This document shows positions 19,001-20,000 of a DNA stretch of 20,000 nucleotides, piece by piece. The stretch covers positions 243,496 through 263,495 of the forward strand of contig QPGO01000047.1 of the NCBI GenBank assembly GCA_008632985.1, in the 5' to 3' direction. The translations under genes and the position numbers were made by a program. The stretch comes from Psammoneis japonica. Its lineage: Eukaryota. Under the pieces are notes generated by a model, which saw only the letters and a program-made list of their open reading frames with translations, was not told the origin of the DNA and made no database searches. Every line of letters starts with the position of its first letter. Positions within the stretch are counted from its first letter, which is position 1.

Positions 19001-19999
19001 GTTTTCCATGACGAGGACGGCTCTGAGCTCGTCGTCAAGACGATGGCGCACCATGTGCCTCAGGCCGGACAACGTCTTCTATCCCCACAACGCCTCTACA
19101 GCAAGGAACATGGCGTGACAGGAAAATGTGAGGGAGACGAGGACTCATTTCGAGTGCATGTTGATGGCGCCGGTTCGCTCAAGGTCGCGCACGCGTCAAA
19201 TCACTTGCCGGTTGCGTCTGTGACCAACGGGGTGGCACCCGCTCCTCAAGTCAATCTGTCTGTGTTGCACGAGGACAACCAGAACCTCACCACCGGTCAG
19301 AAGCTCCTTCAAGAATGGCACTTCAGGTTTGGTCACCTGAACATGCCACGCATCCAAGGCCTGCTTCGGGCCGAACCTTTTCTCCGACCCAAATTCAAGC
19401 ATGCTTCGCGTTGCGACATTCCGCGGTGCGAGGCATGCGAATGTGCCAAAGGACATCGCCGAACCCTCAAGTCTGCCAAACATGCGGCTGCTCCAGAGCG
19501 TGAGGGTGCTCTTCGAGCCGAGCATCTACGCCCAGGCCAAGCCGTCAGCGTGGATCACTTCGAATCCCGTCTCCTCGGCCGAACCTGCGACTCCTGCGGG
19601 AAGGCCTCGTCCCAGCAATACAAAGGAGGCTGCATTTTTGTGGATCATGCCTCCGGTTACCTGCATGTTGAACACCAACTTGGTTTCTCTGCTGTGGAAA
19701 CGGTGCGAGCGAAGCAAGCGTTTGAAAAGCACGCGATGGACCACGGCGTCATCATCCAAGAATTTCTTGCCGATTCTGGCGCTTTCAAGGCCAATGCTTT
19801 TGTGCAACACATGCGACAGCACGAACAACGTCTACGTTTTTGCGGAACCAACGCCCACCATCAGAACGGCGTCGCAGAACGCGGCATTCGCTCTGTCTCC
19901 AACATGGCGAGAGCGATGCTTCTCCACGCATCCATCCGTTGGAAGGGGGGCACAGACAGCTCTTTATGGCCCATGGCCGTGTCTCATGCCGCGCACATT
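16076..19999 (+). CDS. Copia Gag-Pol polyprotein (Gag, CCHC knuckle, aspartic protease, integrase), 3'-partial; frame open but probably inactivated by missense changes
   Basis: ATG at 16076, after an in-frame TAA at 16043, and no stop to the window end, which is why the ORF track omits it. The zinc knuckle CCGCGKVGHTKRTC is at 17171-17212. The protease reads VTCDAGASLAIT (~18857) and RLLSPQ. The HHCC region reads WHFRFGH...CEAC. The integrase core reads VSVDH, ADSGAF and HHQNGVAER, followed by LWPMAV. Confidence 0.9.
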   Translation, partial: MSMDPDTVKMFAEAFAKMQTSTNPPAIPTPLRGGTHHSHGVHLGGSALNNKCEQTDTRTCRFASQRRHPKAVDSVERSLRDQLASATTSKFNGQIELSNGSSTELDKDHFVKTIQDLIELHGQETFYHLKKVDGKVVHLFDHLHAFTVKDLEKECETRVAAAGDEGYDQHEIDDIGSSQLIVKSRITETFREKIETKFGHLKNCKDLPGSVSFMMALDACNASALVDVKAAKEKLNDLTLDTCPGEDCAELATEALRLLKIMQTDCAPPVETGSTVLSKVSKTSSEFFNRQVFAKLDSVKRLERKCRLRDPAEVPKDADHADLGPVGLIGWITKTHGELIGDEDWPASAAKLPESNLTKDNSEKQCCGCGKVGHTKRTCPTCKEQCKKDKKGTADKSKDDPPDVRKTDPSKKPPKPAWRFVHKGATVTDEKGTTWHWCDKCVNKETGKKGMHQGHSSAQHTGKPSVKTETTAAANLSAVSDPSSGIPFGPPEQTTSPPTDKPSDPNELVCCGMWCAPVDDSLSSTPVTTTVTFTPAPSAERETAVAKPAPILVETVDPEDADDCSEHSDAHSSFDSLPSAVEPFPAYAMHEIQNPDVFYDTIATHVEGLSDDVLDDLVSGASIPPFEDSYEHLPPSTQHRGFEFYDPEPQDVDCGVEEATPSSRLELFWNFLKLRVFWLFAMFWETVLHICCAPIPVLPRRMRGKAFIPTIHGFPSTWMVLTGAIMVWASVFNGQLPTHPFSNVPSRFSKASSQVCSIIEELDYETVLDPGSLVECNKIKARQVLAEFVERDPDHCLSKKFTQLWENDVCSSPGRCVPPALEDPESHFDTCDSEEALGPLPTEPSHYFDTVEELSPDYFRFDELSTKFGFVDTTPWQDPVKLLQAAADGTEACPTHTSVQVLTGQRSLAQLAADPQALLSLAHERHTVTCDAGASLAITCDENDFVGPLTIPDGPLKLGGLANGLTIAGIGPVSWVFHDEDGSELVVKTMAHHVPQAGQRLLSPQRLYSKEHGVTGKCEGDEDSFRVHVDGAGSLKVAHASNHLPVASVTNGVAPAPQVNLSVLHEDNQNLTTGQKLLQEWHFRFGHLNMPRIQGLLRAEPFLRPKFKHASRCDIPRCEACECAKGHRRTLKSAKHAAAPEREGALRAEHLRPGQAVSVDHFESRLLGRTCDSCGKASSQQYKGGCIFVDHASGYLHVEHQLGFSAVETVRAKQAFEKHAMDHGVIIQEFLADSGAFKANAFVQHMRQHEQRLRFCGTNAHHQNGVAERGIRSVSNMARAMLLHASIRWKGGTDSSLWPMAVSHAAHI

Positions 20000-20000
20000 T

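Larger units (their letters stand above)
15683..20000 (+). mobile_element. Ty1/copia LTR retrotransposon (diatom CoDi-like), 5' half; RT/RNaseH and 3' LTR lie beyond the window
   Basis: An AT-rich LTR-like segment ends in CA, followed by a copia-type PBS and a gag-protease-integrase order of domains (integrase before RT is the copia arrangement). The left boundary is a guess. Confidence 0.9.

Noticed and set aside
16076..19999. Alternative genetic code or codon preference explaining Tyr->Cys/His
   Set aside because: Neighbouring genes use TAY for conserved Tyr normally, and TpA loss also affects codon junctions (GAT|GCT) and all frames.
3980..20000. Fungal-type RIP or CpG-methylation decay as the cause of the TG/CA excess
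   Set aside because: C->T processes create TpA and stop codons and deplete CpA or CpG. Here TpA is what is missing, CpG is plentiful in the copia ORF and its frame is open. Some additional C->T decay in the older block is not excluded.

Overview
Eukaryotic genomic DNA, most likely from a diatom (inferred from the ~50% GC, the short introns and a CoDi-like copia element). It contains the 3' part of a PARN/CAF1-family deadenylase gene (+, one 96-nt intron), a convergent AAAP/SLC36-type amino-acid transporter gene (-), a ~9 kb block (~3980-12900) of broken host-gene pieces (BTAF1/Mot1, EFTUD2/Snu114, TPR, TMEM234 and unidentified fragments), a PAM2+ankyrin gene (-) that looks truncated, and the 5' half of a Ty1/copia LTR retrotransposon that runs off the window. 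The main signal is that the 9 kb block and the copia body have lost most TpA dinucleotides, apparently by TA->TG/CA (A:T->G:C) conversion, while the neighbouring genes are normal. Conserved Tyr residues read as Cys or His, and the copia protease D-T-G motif reads D-A-G, yet the copia reading frame stays open. Surviving TpA sites suggest a 5'-TAY target. This looks like a repeat-targeted A-to-G hypermutation running opposite to fungal RIP, and I am not aware of a described system for it. All counts are manual and approximate, and all family assignments come from remembered motifs, not database searches.
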